NCBI RefSeq assembly: GCF_020745735.1
Contig: NC_083435.1
Location: forward strand, 13,671,201-13,735,200
DNA: 64,000 nucleotides
Origin: Hemiscyllium ocellatum
Lineage: Eukaryota
Reading direction: 5' to 3'
The position numbers and the translations under genes are program-made. How positions within the stretch are numbered: the first letter of the stretch is position 1; every line of letters starts with the position of its first letter. The notes under the pieces were generated by a model. It saw only the letters and a list, made by a program, of their open reading frames with translations. It was not told where the DNA came from and searched no databases. Shown here piece after piece: positions 1 through 10,250 of this stretch.

Positions 1-180
1 TAGATTTTTTCAATATGTAACATTTCTCCATCTTCCTTGCACCAAAGTGTATCCCCTCACAATTCTCTGTAATGAACTTGAAGGCCCACCCAACTATCCA
101 CTCCACCAACAGCGTACTATCCTTTCTAAATGCTCCACTGCTGTGCTCATACTTTGAAATTTTCCTGACTTTCGCGTCAA

Positions 181-437
181 CAGAAACTTTGAATTTGTCT
201 CCTGTACATTAAGCCCAAGAAAATTTATTTTTTCATCACACAAGCTTCTGAAGCCAGAAATAGTCGAATGAGCATCTGCTAAATTATTTCTAATGCAATT
301 ATTACCCTTTTTCAATGGACCCATTATTTTCACAACGTCATGGACTGAAGGGGAGTTGCTCTCCCATCTTTTCAGCGAGAATGCTGCTCCATGAAAACAG
401 ACATTACGACTACGGCTCAAAGTGTAGGATTTCATTG
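181..437 (-). pseudogene. Decayed NCR3/NKp30-like V-J exon (copies at about 14197-14454, 28675-28931, 44537-44803)
   Basis: Acceptor ttttag|CA in phase 1. The translation aligns by eye with the V exon at 57133-57474: TLS(C/R) vs TLNC (unit 2 keeps TGT), GAAF-S vs GAAY-W, ENNSP vs DNNP, NNCIRNNLAD vs NNRIFINISD, and VQETNSKF (one base change each from GQGT) vs GNGTKLEV. The A strand is missing and key Cys/Trp residues are lost. Confidence 0.65.
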
Positions 438-679
438 CTAAAACATTAAAAATATTTTAATTTGGAATTGGTCACATCCTCGGAATTTTGTAACCATTAA
501 CAGTATGTACCAAAGCAAGCCATTACCATGGGTGCTAAAATTTGAAAATTTGCATAATGTAACAAATATCCTAGCGTTCACATAGAGGATTGTAATAATT
601 CTCAATTTGTACAAATATCCGAATAATAGTTCAGGAGCTATTCGTTGTGATGGAGCTAGATAGGATAAATTTAACTCAC

Positions 680-752
680 CAATGCAGAGTGCAAAAGAAA
701 CCAGCTGCATAAAGGCAATTCGCTGGATTATCCACATCGTCCATTTGCCCAT
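680..752 (-). pseudogene. Leader (signal peptide) exon MGKWTMWIIQRIAFMQLVSFALCI of the array receptor gene (copies 14697-14767 with a 2-bp deletion, 29174-29246, 5' half only at ~45359-45396)
   Basis: ATG, 24 codons, then G|GTGAGT (phase 1). The last 10 codons MQLVSFALCI|G match MQLIFFPLMV|G of the leader at 62960-63020 in register, with 21/31 identical bases and the same donor. Confidence 0.75.
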
Positions 753-1315
753 AATAAAGATATGCAGTCTTTAAAAGTGTAGCCCCTAAATAAACAGTCT
801 CAATACATGGGCGTGTACGGAATAATTTGTGGTCTATCTTTGTGGGCGTATAGATTTTCTGTCATTGTACTTTGCAGAGGGAAATGGCCCAACCACAAGA
901 TCTTCAAAATAGAGGTCACCAAATAAAATGCCACATTACTAGCTATTTTGGAAATTAAAAAGCAGAGGCAATATTTCAATGTAAATGAACCCTTCGTGCG
1001 GCTGTGTGATTTTGCTGTACACCAATGTTAGGTTTCAATAAATTTCAACATTGTTCGCTGTAAATGGACGGAAACTCACAATCTAGTAGCATTTGGAAGT
1101 GTTCTGACAGTGAGTCAATAAATAAAAACAACTTACTCAGAGGTCCATTCATCGGACTCACAGTCCATGGAAACAAATGTTAAACAGAGCCCACGACAAC
1201 AAAATTGAATTCACTCCTACAGCATTCCAAAAGCAGAAGGTCAAATGCATGCATGTGAACCATTGAAAGGTGGTTTTAGTTAGATCATTAGTTTAATGCT
1301 AAGGTCGACTCTTAG

Positions 1316-1630
1316 CGGGGCCTGGTGCCTTAGTGACTTAGTGGTTAACCTTGCTACCTCACAGTGCTAGAATCCCAGGTTCAATTCCAGTCTCGGGCTG
1401 TTGCCTCTGTGGAGTTTGCAAGTTCTCCCGTGTCTGCGTGGATTTCCTCCCACCATACAAAGGTGTGCAGGTTATGTGGATTAGCTCTGCTCAATTGTCC
1501 ATAGGGTTAGTAGCATTAGTCAGCTGTATATGTAGTGTACGGGAATGGGTCTGGGTGTGTTTCTCTTGGTAGGGTCGGTGTGGATTTGTTGGGCCGAAGG
1601 GCCTGTTTCCAACCAGTAGGAAATCTAAAC
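1316..1630 (+). mobile_element. HE1-like V-SINE (copies about 15329-15640, 29797-30085 with 5' deletion, 45958-46272)
   Basis: tRNA-derived head (tagtggtt A box, ggttcaattcc B box), V-domain tgtggagtttgcaagttctcccgtgtctgcgtgg, and CR1-like tail gccgaagggcctgtttcc. Confidence 0.85.
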
Positions 1631-2099
1631 TTACCCAGTTGGTAACGGTAACACTGCTGGTCACTTTAAAATGTCAAGCATGTGACAACACCATTCTACA
1701 AATAAGACACTACCCTAGATTCAAAACAAAATCTTTAACGACAGCGTCTAAATGCATGCAAACTGCTGTTGACTTTCCTGGTGATTAAATATTTAATTGT
1801 ACCCGACAGCCACGGCCTTGCTCTGTTAATGTTTTTTAAAAGTCGGAGCAATTTTAGCTGACACTACCACGTGTAAACGTAAATTTGCACTGAGTGGACT
1901 GTGGTCGTTTTTCAAAAACTGCTTTTTAAACATTCTTTCACACATCCTGAGTCTCTCTGAAAAGACCATAATGCGATTCCCCTCGCAATTCACACTTGAG
2001 CTATGTGGCACTTTTGGATAAGTGCAACAACGTTTTGAGTCTCAAGGTTCAATTCGACTAGAAGGAGTAAATATGACACTTTCCTACAAGTTCTTTCTT

Positions 2100-2415
2100 T
2101 ATTATGATATATCCATGGTAACTGAGCGTGTGATTAGCTTCAAGTGAATCTCTTTTTTAAAAATGCAGTTTACATTCCAACAGTTTTCTTGATGGGATTT
2201 GAGTGTTAGTATGGACATCTGGTTATCTGGCCCAGTCACACGGTTTTTATGCCAACATCTTCTACAAGAAAAGAAATACAGAGTTTTGACATACCAACGG
2301 TGAGCAATGGCGACATGGTTCCAAGTCAAGATGTTAAGGTGTCTGTCTTGGACAGGGATGGCAGTTATTGGTGCTTGCATGCATTTTCTGCCCTTGCTGT
2401 TCTGGCCAAAGTACC
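2100..2415 (-). pseudogene. Second decayed V-set Ig exon (copies about 16100-16415, 30554-30869, 46750-47047)
   Basis: Acceptor ttactag|GG in phase 1, in frame with ORF 2102..2437. ITAIPVQDRHLNI matches ITATEGQSVTLNC of the intact V exon in register. It is followed by RWY, HKNRV (cf. YEARV), SILTLKS and a frameshifted G-M-Y-T-C remnant (ggaatgtaacctgt in unit 2). The 3' end is uncertain. Confidence 0.55.
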
Positions 2416-2909
2416 CTAGTAATTCACAGCTGTGCACTTTGCAAATAGTTTTTGTAAAACTCTGTTTCTGTGAACAACCTCCAGCTTCGAAAGTAGTACT
2501 TTTAGCATACCCTCAGGGGACACATGTCCTAACATTGACAGATATTGTTTAAAAAAACATATGCTTCATTAATGGTCATTGGGAAACATCTATGATCCTC
2601 AAATGGTCTGTCTACATATTATTGCACACGTGTAGCAAAGCAAGCAATGCATAACTCCTCTCGAAATGAATTGGTAATACTCTCAGGTCAAGAGCAATGA
2701 GAGAATGGCAGCGAATGCGGGCCATCCTATGGTACTCAAATCTGACAGAAGAATAAATAACAACATGCAGTCAGTGACAAAACAAAGTAAAGTAGTGTGA
2801 ATAAAAATTTATTCACACAACCAGTGGTCAAGATCTGGAAGGAACTGTCTGAGAGTTGAGGGGACTTCATTCGAATTCATTCAAACATATTGTGACTCTT
2901 GGTTTTTAA

Positions 2910-5900
2910 AAGAAATCGTGAGACCTGGACATCGCTGGCTACCCAGCATTTATTGCCCATCCCTAATTGCCCTTGAGAATGCGGCGGTGATCTGCCTTAT
3001 TGAACCGCTACTGTCCATATACTGTAGGTAGACTCATAATACCATGAAGGAGAGAGTTCCAGGATTTTGAACAGGTACAGTGGAAGAACAATGAGATAAT
3101 CCCAAGTCAGGACGGTGTGTACCTTGGAAGGGAACATCCAGATGGTGGCGTTAACATGTAGCTGCTGCATTTGTGCTTCTTGATGGAAGTGGTCATGGTA
3201 TGGAAGCTACTGCTTAAAGATGTTGGGTGACTTTCTGCTGGGCATCTTGTAGCTAATACATACTGGAGCTACTGAGTGGTGAAGCATCGGTATGGATGTT
3301 AGTGAATGTTCTGCTAATCAAGAGAGACGTTTTGCCCTGAAATGTCGGTAGTGATGGAATCAGCGATGGCAATGCCGTTGAATGCCTTAGGGGTGGTGGT
3401 TCGACTGTCTGTTATTGGAGGTGATCATTGCCTGGCATTTATGTTGTGCAGTTGTTACCTGGCACTTTTTGCTCTATACTTGGATATTGAAAACAGTTTC
3501 TTGCATTTGGACATGGATTACTTGAGTCACGAATGGTGATACCATTGGTGAAGATTCCCACATCTGACCTTATAATGGAGGGAAGGTCATTGATGAAGCA
3601 ATTGAAGATGGTAGGGCCTGGAATACTAACCTGAGGAACTCCAGCAAATATGACCTAGGATTGAGCCAATTGAACTTCAACAACTACAGTTTTGAGCAGA
3701 GTGGCGAGGAGAGAGGGTGGAGAGGAGTGAGGGCTGCCGGGAAATTTTTAAGTGGGTGAAATCTGGTGTCTGGCATTGAACCTGGCACCGATGCTCAGAA
3801 AGGAAGGTGGGAGGAGGGGGAAGAATAGAAAAGCACTAATGGTAGGGAACTCAATCGTTAGACGGATTGACTGGATATTTTGTGGTCAGGAACGGGACTG
3901 TCGGAAGGAATGTTGACTCCCCAGTGACAGAGTCTGTGTTGTCGCCGATCGGTTTGACAGGATTCTGAAGGGGGAGGGTGAACAGCCAGAAACCGTGGTA
4001 CAGAAACAGGCAGAAAGGGATTCAGGATCTGAAAATTGACTACAGAGAGCTAGGTTGAAACGTGAAGAGCAGGACGAGTAGAGTAGTGTTCTCAAGTTTG
4101 TTACTGGTGCCACGAAGCAGTGAGGGGAGGAACAGTCAGCAAGTGTAGTTTAACACGTGGTTGGGAGGCTGGTGGTGGATGGAGGGTTTCAGATACTTAG
4201 ATCATTGGGATGCCTTCAGGGGAAGTTGGGGCCTATACAAGCAGGACCAATTGCACTTGAATTGGAGGGGCACAAATGTCCTGGGTGGGAGATTTGTCTG
4301 TGTGGTTGGGGAGTGTTAAACTAGTTTGGCAAGGGGGTGGGAACCACAGTTACTTATCTGAGAGGGAGTAGTTGCAGATGGGGAAGTGACAGGATGTTGT
4401 GAATCTATCAGGAAGGTTTTTCATGTGATGAAACATAGTGATCATTTAAAGTGTATTTGCTTTTACGCAAAGAGTGTCAGAAATAAGAGTGACGAACGGT
4501 GAGTACGGAGCAGTACTTGGGCCTATCATGTTGTGGCCATAACGGAGACATGTGTTTCACAGTGGCAGGAATGGTTGCTAGATGTTCCAGGGTTTAGAGC
4601 GTTTAAAAAAAAAACAAGGAGATTGGAAAAATAGGAGGGGGTATAGCATTGCTAATCAGAGGGTGCATCACAGCTACAGAAACGAAGGATGTTGAGGAAG
4701 GTTTGTCTACTGAGTCAGTGTGGGTGGACGTTAGGAACAGAAAGGAAGCAGCCACGTCATTGATTCTTTTCTTCTAACGACCTCCAAATAGAAGTAAGGA
4801 GATTGAAGAACTCATAGGTCGACAGATTTTGGGGAAATGCAGATGTAGATAGGGGAAACCATAAATGAGTTATTTGCTTCGGTCTTTACGAAGGAAAGAG
4901 ACCTTGTTGTGAATGAGCAGTTTAAGGAGCTGAGTTATGAACTAGAACAGATCATGATGATGAAGCAGAAGTGCTGAGAGGTTTGACAAACATTAGGATT
5001 GCTAAATCCCCAGGCCAGACCAGGTTTATCCAAAGTTGCTCCAGGAAACAAGAATGGCGGTTGCTAAGCATGATGGCAAAGATCTTTGTTTCCTCACTAT
5101 CAATGGGAGTTATACCGGCAGATGAGAAGGAGGTGAATGTTCTTCCTCTTCTTAAGAAGGCGGATAGGGAAATTCCTGACAGTTACAGACCAGTCAGTCT
5201 TACGTCTGTGGTCAGCAAGGTTTTGGAAAGAATTCGGAGGGATAGGATCTGTGACTATGTGGAAAAGCATAGAGTGATTAAATGCAGTCAGCATGGCTGT
5301 GTGAGGGGCAGGTCGTGCCTAACTAATCTTATTGAGTTCATTCAGGCAGTGACGGGACAGGTCAATGAAGGTCATGCAGTGAATGTGGTGTATATGGACT
5401 TCAGCAAGGCTTTTGATAATGTTCCCAATGGTAGGCTCATTCGTAATGTCAGGAGGTATGGGATACAGGGAGATTTGGCTATCTGGATTCAGAATTTGTT
5501 GGCCGACAGAAGGCAGAGAGTGGTTGTAGATGGAAAGTATTCTGTCTGAATGTCAGTAGTGAGTGGTGCTCCGCAGGGCTCTATTTTTAGATCTCTGCTG
5601 TTTGTAGGCTTTATAAATAACTTGGATGAGGAGGTTGAGGTGTGGGTTAGTAAATTTGCCGATGACACAAAGGTTGGACGTGCCATTGATAGCATTGAGT
5701 ACTATTGCAGTCAGTAGCGCAAGGCAGACTGGATGCAGAGCTGCGCTGAGAAATAGCAGATGGAGTTCAACCTGGATAAATGCGAAATGGTGCATTTTGG
5801 AAGGTCGAACTTGAAAGCTGGATATAGGATTAAAGACAAGGTTCTTGGCAGCGTGGAGAAACTGAGGGATCCTGACGTTCAAGTGCATAGATCCCTCAAA

Positions 5901-7290
5901 GTTTCCACCCAAGTGGACAGGGTTGTTAAAAAAAACATATGGAGTTCTGCCTTTCATTGACAGAGGGATCGAGTTTAAGCGCAGCAAGGTTTTGCTTCAG
6001 CTCAACAAGACTCTCGTGAGACCACACTTGGAATATTGTGTTCAGTTCTGGTCCCCATATTATAGGAAAGATACAGAGAATTGGAAAGGATGCAAAGAAG
6101 GTTTACCAGGATGGTACCTGAAGTTGAGAACTTGTCTTGTGAAGAGAGGTTGCCTAAGCTCAGACTTTTCTCTCTCTGGAGAGAAGCAGGAAGAGAGGTG
6201 ACCTAATCGAGTTATCTAAGGTAATGAGAGGCTTGGATAGAGTCAATAGCCAGTGACCTTTCCCCAGGGCAGGATTGACAGGCACGAGGGGTCATTGTTT
6301 TAAGATAATAGAAGGAAGGCACAGTGGAGATGTCACAGATAGGTTCTTTATGCAGAAAGTTGTGAATGCCAGCGGTGGTGATGGAAGCAGAGTCATTAGG
6401 GACACTTAAGCACCTGCTAGACATGCACATGGACGGCGGTGAATTGAGAGGGTGCATATGTTCGGTAATTTTATCTTAGACTACGAATATCCTCGACACA
6501 ACATCGTGGGGTGAAGGGCCTGATCTGTGCTGTACTTTTCTACTTTCTATGTTCTATGTTCTAACCGTCTACCAACCAGCAGAGAGTATACCTCATGAGT
6601 GCCATAAATTTCAGTTTGTTCTGGCTCCTTGATCAAGGTCAAATGCGGCCATGATGTCAAGGGTTGTCACTCTCACTTGAACTCTGAAATTCAGTTCTTT
6701 TCTCCATGGTTGTCATGAGGTCGAGAGCTGAGTGACCTAGTGGAATTCAAACTGGGCATCAGTGAGAAGGTTGTTGCTAAGTCAATCATCCGTGATAGCA
6801 CTGTCTTCAATCTCTTTGCTAATGATTGGGAGGAGGGTGGTGGTGCATTAAATTGACTCTGTTGGATGTGTCCTGCTTTTCGTGTACAGGATATAATCTG
6901 AGCAATTTTCGACATTGTTGGGTAGAGTCAGTGTTATCCCTGAACCGCTGCAGATTGACTAGGAGAGTAATACGTTCTGAAGCACAAGTCATCTGTACTA
7001 TTATGGAATTTCGTCGGGGTCCATTATTTTTGCAGTGCTCAATGTCTCCAAACGTTTCTTGATATCGTATGGAGTAAATCTAAGTGAACACTGACATCTG
7101 CGATGCTGGGGGCCACTGGAGGAGACCCAGTTGGATCATCCAATCAGCACATATGGCTGAAGATTTTACGATTGTTTCAGATATACCTATTGCACTGGTG
7201 TGTTGGACTTCTCTATCATTGAGAATTGAGACATATTTGAAGGCTCTTCCCCCAATGAGTTGTTCAATTGCCGACCACCATTCAAGACGG
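2910..7290 (-). mobile_element. Old non-LTR retrotransposon of L2/CR1 type, split in two by a CR1 insertion (2910-3688 and 6564-7290; copies about 16915-21275, 31370-35727, 47208-51250)
   Basis: Minus-strand RT-like peptides (ITDHLLSNNLLTDAQFEFHQGHSAPDLIT). The two halves join seamlessly (caactaca | accatctacc) when the inner element is removed. Confidence 0.8.
3689..6563 (+). mobile_element. Degenerate HER1/CR1 LINE with part of ORF1 (SGNH-esterase-like), endonuclease and RT (copies 17685-20551, 32139-35003, 47649-50500)
   Basis: ALMVGDSIVRRIDR (ORF 32167..32358), YRPVSLTSVV, VVYMDFSKAFD and CEMVHFGR peptides, and the 3' tail ttctatgttctatgttcta. Many stops and frameshifts are present, and an internal deletion after the endonuclease start is shared by all four copies. 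Confidence 0.95.
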
Positions 7291-7530
7291 GATGTGACAG
7301 ATCTGCAGAGATTTGAAATGAAACAATGAAAGGTTAACGACAGAAAACGGGAAAGAAAAAAGAAATGAAACGCTCGTGTGGATAACACGTGTGAATGCCA
7401 TTGCTCGAGTGCTCGTCTGCAATTCTCCAGTATTTCTATGATCTTAAAGCCCTTGCATTTCTTGTTCGAGCACATCAATGGATTGCAAGATCCTGCCTAT
7501 ACTGCTGTGTCTGTGTATATAGCATGTGAC

Positions 7531-7552
7531 GCCACCAGATGGCGCTGGTGGC
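7531..7552 (+). promoter_or_regulatory. CTCF-like motif inside an 8-bp-arm inverted repeat (copies 21531-21552, 35983-36004, 51502-51523)
   Basis: GCCACCAGATGGCGCTGGTGGC contains CCACCAGATGGCGC, close to the CTCF core consensus. Motif match only. Confidence 0.4.
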
Positions 7553-7789
7553 AATTTTTTGGATAGATTGATAAATATGTCGGTATTCCCTATCGAATTT
7601 TCCGGAGGCCTCATTGAATGCATTTCAAACAGGTGGAACAATAGAATTATGCTTTCTGGCTTAGCGACAGGGATCCTGTCACTGTGCCGACAGGACACAA
7701 ACTCCTCGTTCTATTTTATTTGATCAATCTGTTCGTGTATGTTATTAAAGATCTCTGAAATATGCGAGATTTGAATTCAGGCCTCGTGC

Positions 7790-8010
7790 CTTAGTGGTTG
7801 CACCAAAAGGACCATTAAACTCCTCACTGTAGCGTCTCCCATCCATCCATCTTCAGCTTCTTGAACAAATACCGTGCATCCAACATAAGGTCAGAAGTGG
7901 AGATGTTCATTCAGCATCACAGTTCAGCACTACCCATGATTACTCAACTGCTGTGTAGACCATGGGCAAATGCAGGGCGACCTGGAAAATACCAAGGTTT
8001 GGTCAAAGGT
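7790..8010 (+). mobile_element. Very old LINE RT fragment of the same family as 2910-7290, in the opposite orientation
   Basis: The reverse complement resembles 3545-3650 (acatctccacttctgaccttatg...gaagctgaagatgg). SEVEMFIQHH looks like a decayed SEVGMFADD motif. Confidence 0.55.
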
Positions 8011-8529
8011 GTGGCTCAGGCCACACAAGGTCAAAGCAATGATTGTCGCCAACAAGAGAGAAACGCTGCTGGACATGCAACGGCATTGCTAAAATGAATC
8101 CCTGCTATCAACATCGGATGGATTATCATCGATCAGAAGCCAAACTAGGAGGAGCAATAATCTGCTCGATTTTTGCACTCACCTAAATGTACGTTCGTAC
8201 AAAAGAGTTTATCAAATCTGGAGCGCCGAAACAAAAGAACAAGAGAAGACTCGCAGATCACTAAAGTTTCAATTGTTTTAAGTTATTTCATCACTCTAAG
8301 GCCGGGTTACCTTTGCTGATTGGGGGAGAGATGGAAAGGTGAACTTCATGTAACTTTCGGATGGAGAGATTGTGTAAGAAATGTGCAATCCTGGCATGAA
8401 CATTACCTTAACTATAAAGTTGCAATCATCTTGTTTCAACTGCTGACAGCCAATTCAAATGTTCTACAAGCTTCCATCAGTAGCCGCTTGGTTATTTTAT
8501 TTCCTTCCGCTTACAGTTGGTAGCAATAC

Positions 8530-8697
8530 CTGCAGCTTGCAAGATCGAAACTTAACGTTCCCGTCACAAATTGTGTCAGCATTCCTCCTTGAAGATTCCT
8601 CTCGAAGCCTACTCTAGGAAGATCTTTGCCATCTGTCCTTTGGATAGGCATCGGTTTTGTCTCATTAATATGTTGCGCATCATCATACTTTGTTTCC
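8530..8697 (-). pseudogene. Candidate 168-bp cytoplasmic exon with TKYDD(V/A) motif (copies 22535-22702, 36991-37158, 52475-52642)
   Basis: Acceptor (t)ttaacgcag|G and donor AG|GTATTG or GTTTTG. One frame is open in the copies I translated: ETKYDD(A/V)QHINETKPMPIQRTDGK... Units 2 and 3 read TKYDDV (T-x-Y-x-x-V). Confidence 0.5.
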
Positions 8698-9350
8698 CTG
8701 CGTTAAAAGTGGCAGTACAATGGTAAATTGTTGTGAAATTAAAACGTTTTGGTTTTGCATGCATCCTTTTATGTCCAAGAAAAATCAACTAGTTTCCTGG
8801 AGACTTTTTTCAACAGTTAAATTAATAATATTCAGTTAACTGGCTCAGTAAATGATTTAGCATCTTTTCATTCGTCAGTCCTGCCATCACTGGAATCAAT
8901 GTGGTAAACCTTCAATGCATTCTCAATGCATGAGCATTCCTTAGAAAGGAGGCGGTGACGATGACGTCACCTGGACCAGTAATCTCAAGTTCAACATTAA
9001 TGCTTTAGGAACCATGGCTATTTAAGACCTTTTCACGTTCCCGACTTCTAATAACATTTTAAACCGGCATGTTGTCGGTTGCAGAATGGCAGAAAGAGTA
9101 CAATGAAAGAATTCACGGTTTAATGGCTGCCAAGAGATTAGAAAAAAATGCAAACTTAGACCATTTCCCAACACTTGGAGCCTTGCAAACCATTATTGTA
9201 CCGAAGAATATATGCTCTCAGTAAATTCGGAACAACATCAAATTACACTGATTCAATATCTGTGTGGGTCATTGATTCGGAGCTAATATTTGGTCAGGAC
9301 ACGTGACAGGGCCTACTTTTCCTTCTAAATTGCGTCAACGGGTCATTCAC

Positions 9351-9392
9351 ATCCGCCCCAGAAAGTTAAGTAGAGGCTGCGTTTGAGTTTTC
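9351..9392 (-). pseudogene. Candidate 42-bp juxtamembrane cytoplasmic exon (G)KLKRSLYLTFWGG (copies 23342-23383, 37797-37838)
   Basis: Strong polypyrimidine acceptor ttatttatttttgtcag|GA and donor T|GTGAAT. It is phase 1-1 and in frame with the TM exon, continuing its basic stretch. Confidence 0.5.
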
Positions 9393-9722
9393 CTGACAAA
9401 AATAAATAAGTAAATCCGACAGCGCGGACTTTTGTCAGTACCGCCCGCTTCGATATTTGTGGACTTGAATCTGGAGCCTTGGGATTTCCAGAAATTCACA
9501 CTACAACAGAGGGACAACCCACTACAAGCTTGGAAGGAGCCCAGTTGCATTCGCGTCTTGTTCTCTACCCGTCTGCCTTAAATAGTTCGACACTATTCGG
9601 ACTTTCCTGTCGGGGCACTCATTGAAATGTTGCCAAATAGGAAGATCGTCCCTAAATCAATTACGTATCTGGAATAGGGTATTGCATGATCAGGTTTGCT
9701 TACGTGCAACGAAAATATAAAC

Positions 9723-9833
9723 CTGTAGGTCCCCGCAGCACTCGAACTGTCAAGAATATAATGAGCAGACCTATCAACGTTAGACCGCCGAGTAAAATTG
9801 GTGTAATGTCAGTCTTTGTTTCCACTATGACTC
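9723..9833 (-). pseudogene. Transmembrane exon (G)VIVETKTDITPILLGGL(T/A)LIGLLIIFLTVRVLRG(P/T)T of the array receptor gene (copies 23701-23811, 38157-38267, partial 12676-12772)
   Basis: aattgcag|GA ... ACA G|GTTT(A/G)T; 111 bp, phase 1-1, no stop. About 21 uncharged residues are followed by R-V-L-R. Confidence 0.75.
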
Positions 9834-10097
9834 CTGCAATTAATAGCATGACCACATAGTTTGCGATTCATATTGATAACGACTGACCAATTAAATGACG
9901 CAGTTTCTGTTTTATAAAAAAAATGTTATCAGATCAACGGAACATGATTATTTTGCAGGAAATGGGTGAAGGGAGTTATGGGTCGCGTATTAAAATTTAA
10001 GCTAATTGGCCAAAATAAATTTAAATACACATCGAAAGCGAAAGCCGGTCGGGAAATGGCAACTTGAAGTAAAGGGAATGGCCGCACCATCGCGTAA

Positions 10098-10168
10098 GCG
10101 CCGCTAGTGTAATGGTATCATGCAAGATTCCCATTCTTGCGATCCGGGTTCGATTCCCGGCCGGCGCA
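10098..10168 (+). tRNA. tRNA-Gly(CCC), copy 1; C7:C66 acceptor-stem mismatch and only a TTT terminator
   Basis: GCGCCGC-TA-GTGT-AATGGTA-TCAT-G-CAAGA-TTCCCAT-TCTTG-CGAT-CCGGG-TTCGATT-CCCGG-CCGGCGC-A folds as a cloverleaf and matches the vertebrate Gly-CCC GCGCCGC family as I recall it. Confidence 0.9.
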
Positions 10169-10250
10169 GTGTAGTACTTTATAAAACCAGGAAATATGGG
10201 TTCTGAAGGTCGAAAGCTGCAACTGAAGTCGCTGGTGAAACTCAGCAAAC

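Noticed and set aside
760-960. TM-plus-tail-like reading NVAFYLVTSIL(K/E)ILWLG...ENLYA on the minus strand
   Set aside because: The candidate acceptor AG is present only in units 1 and 3, the helix contains a variable charged residue, and there is no consistent exon boundary.
1316-1400. SINE heads as additional tRNA genes
   Set aside because: They have A/B boxes only, no complete cloverleaf, and run on into SINE body sequence.
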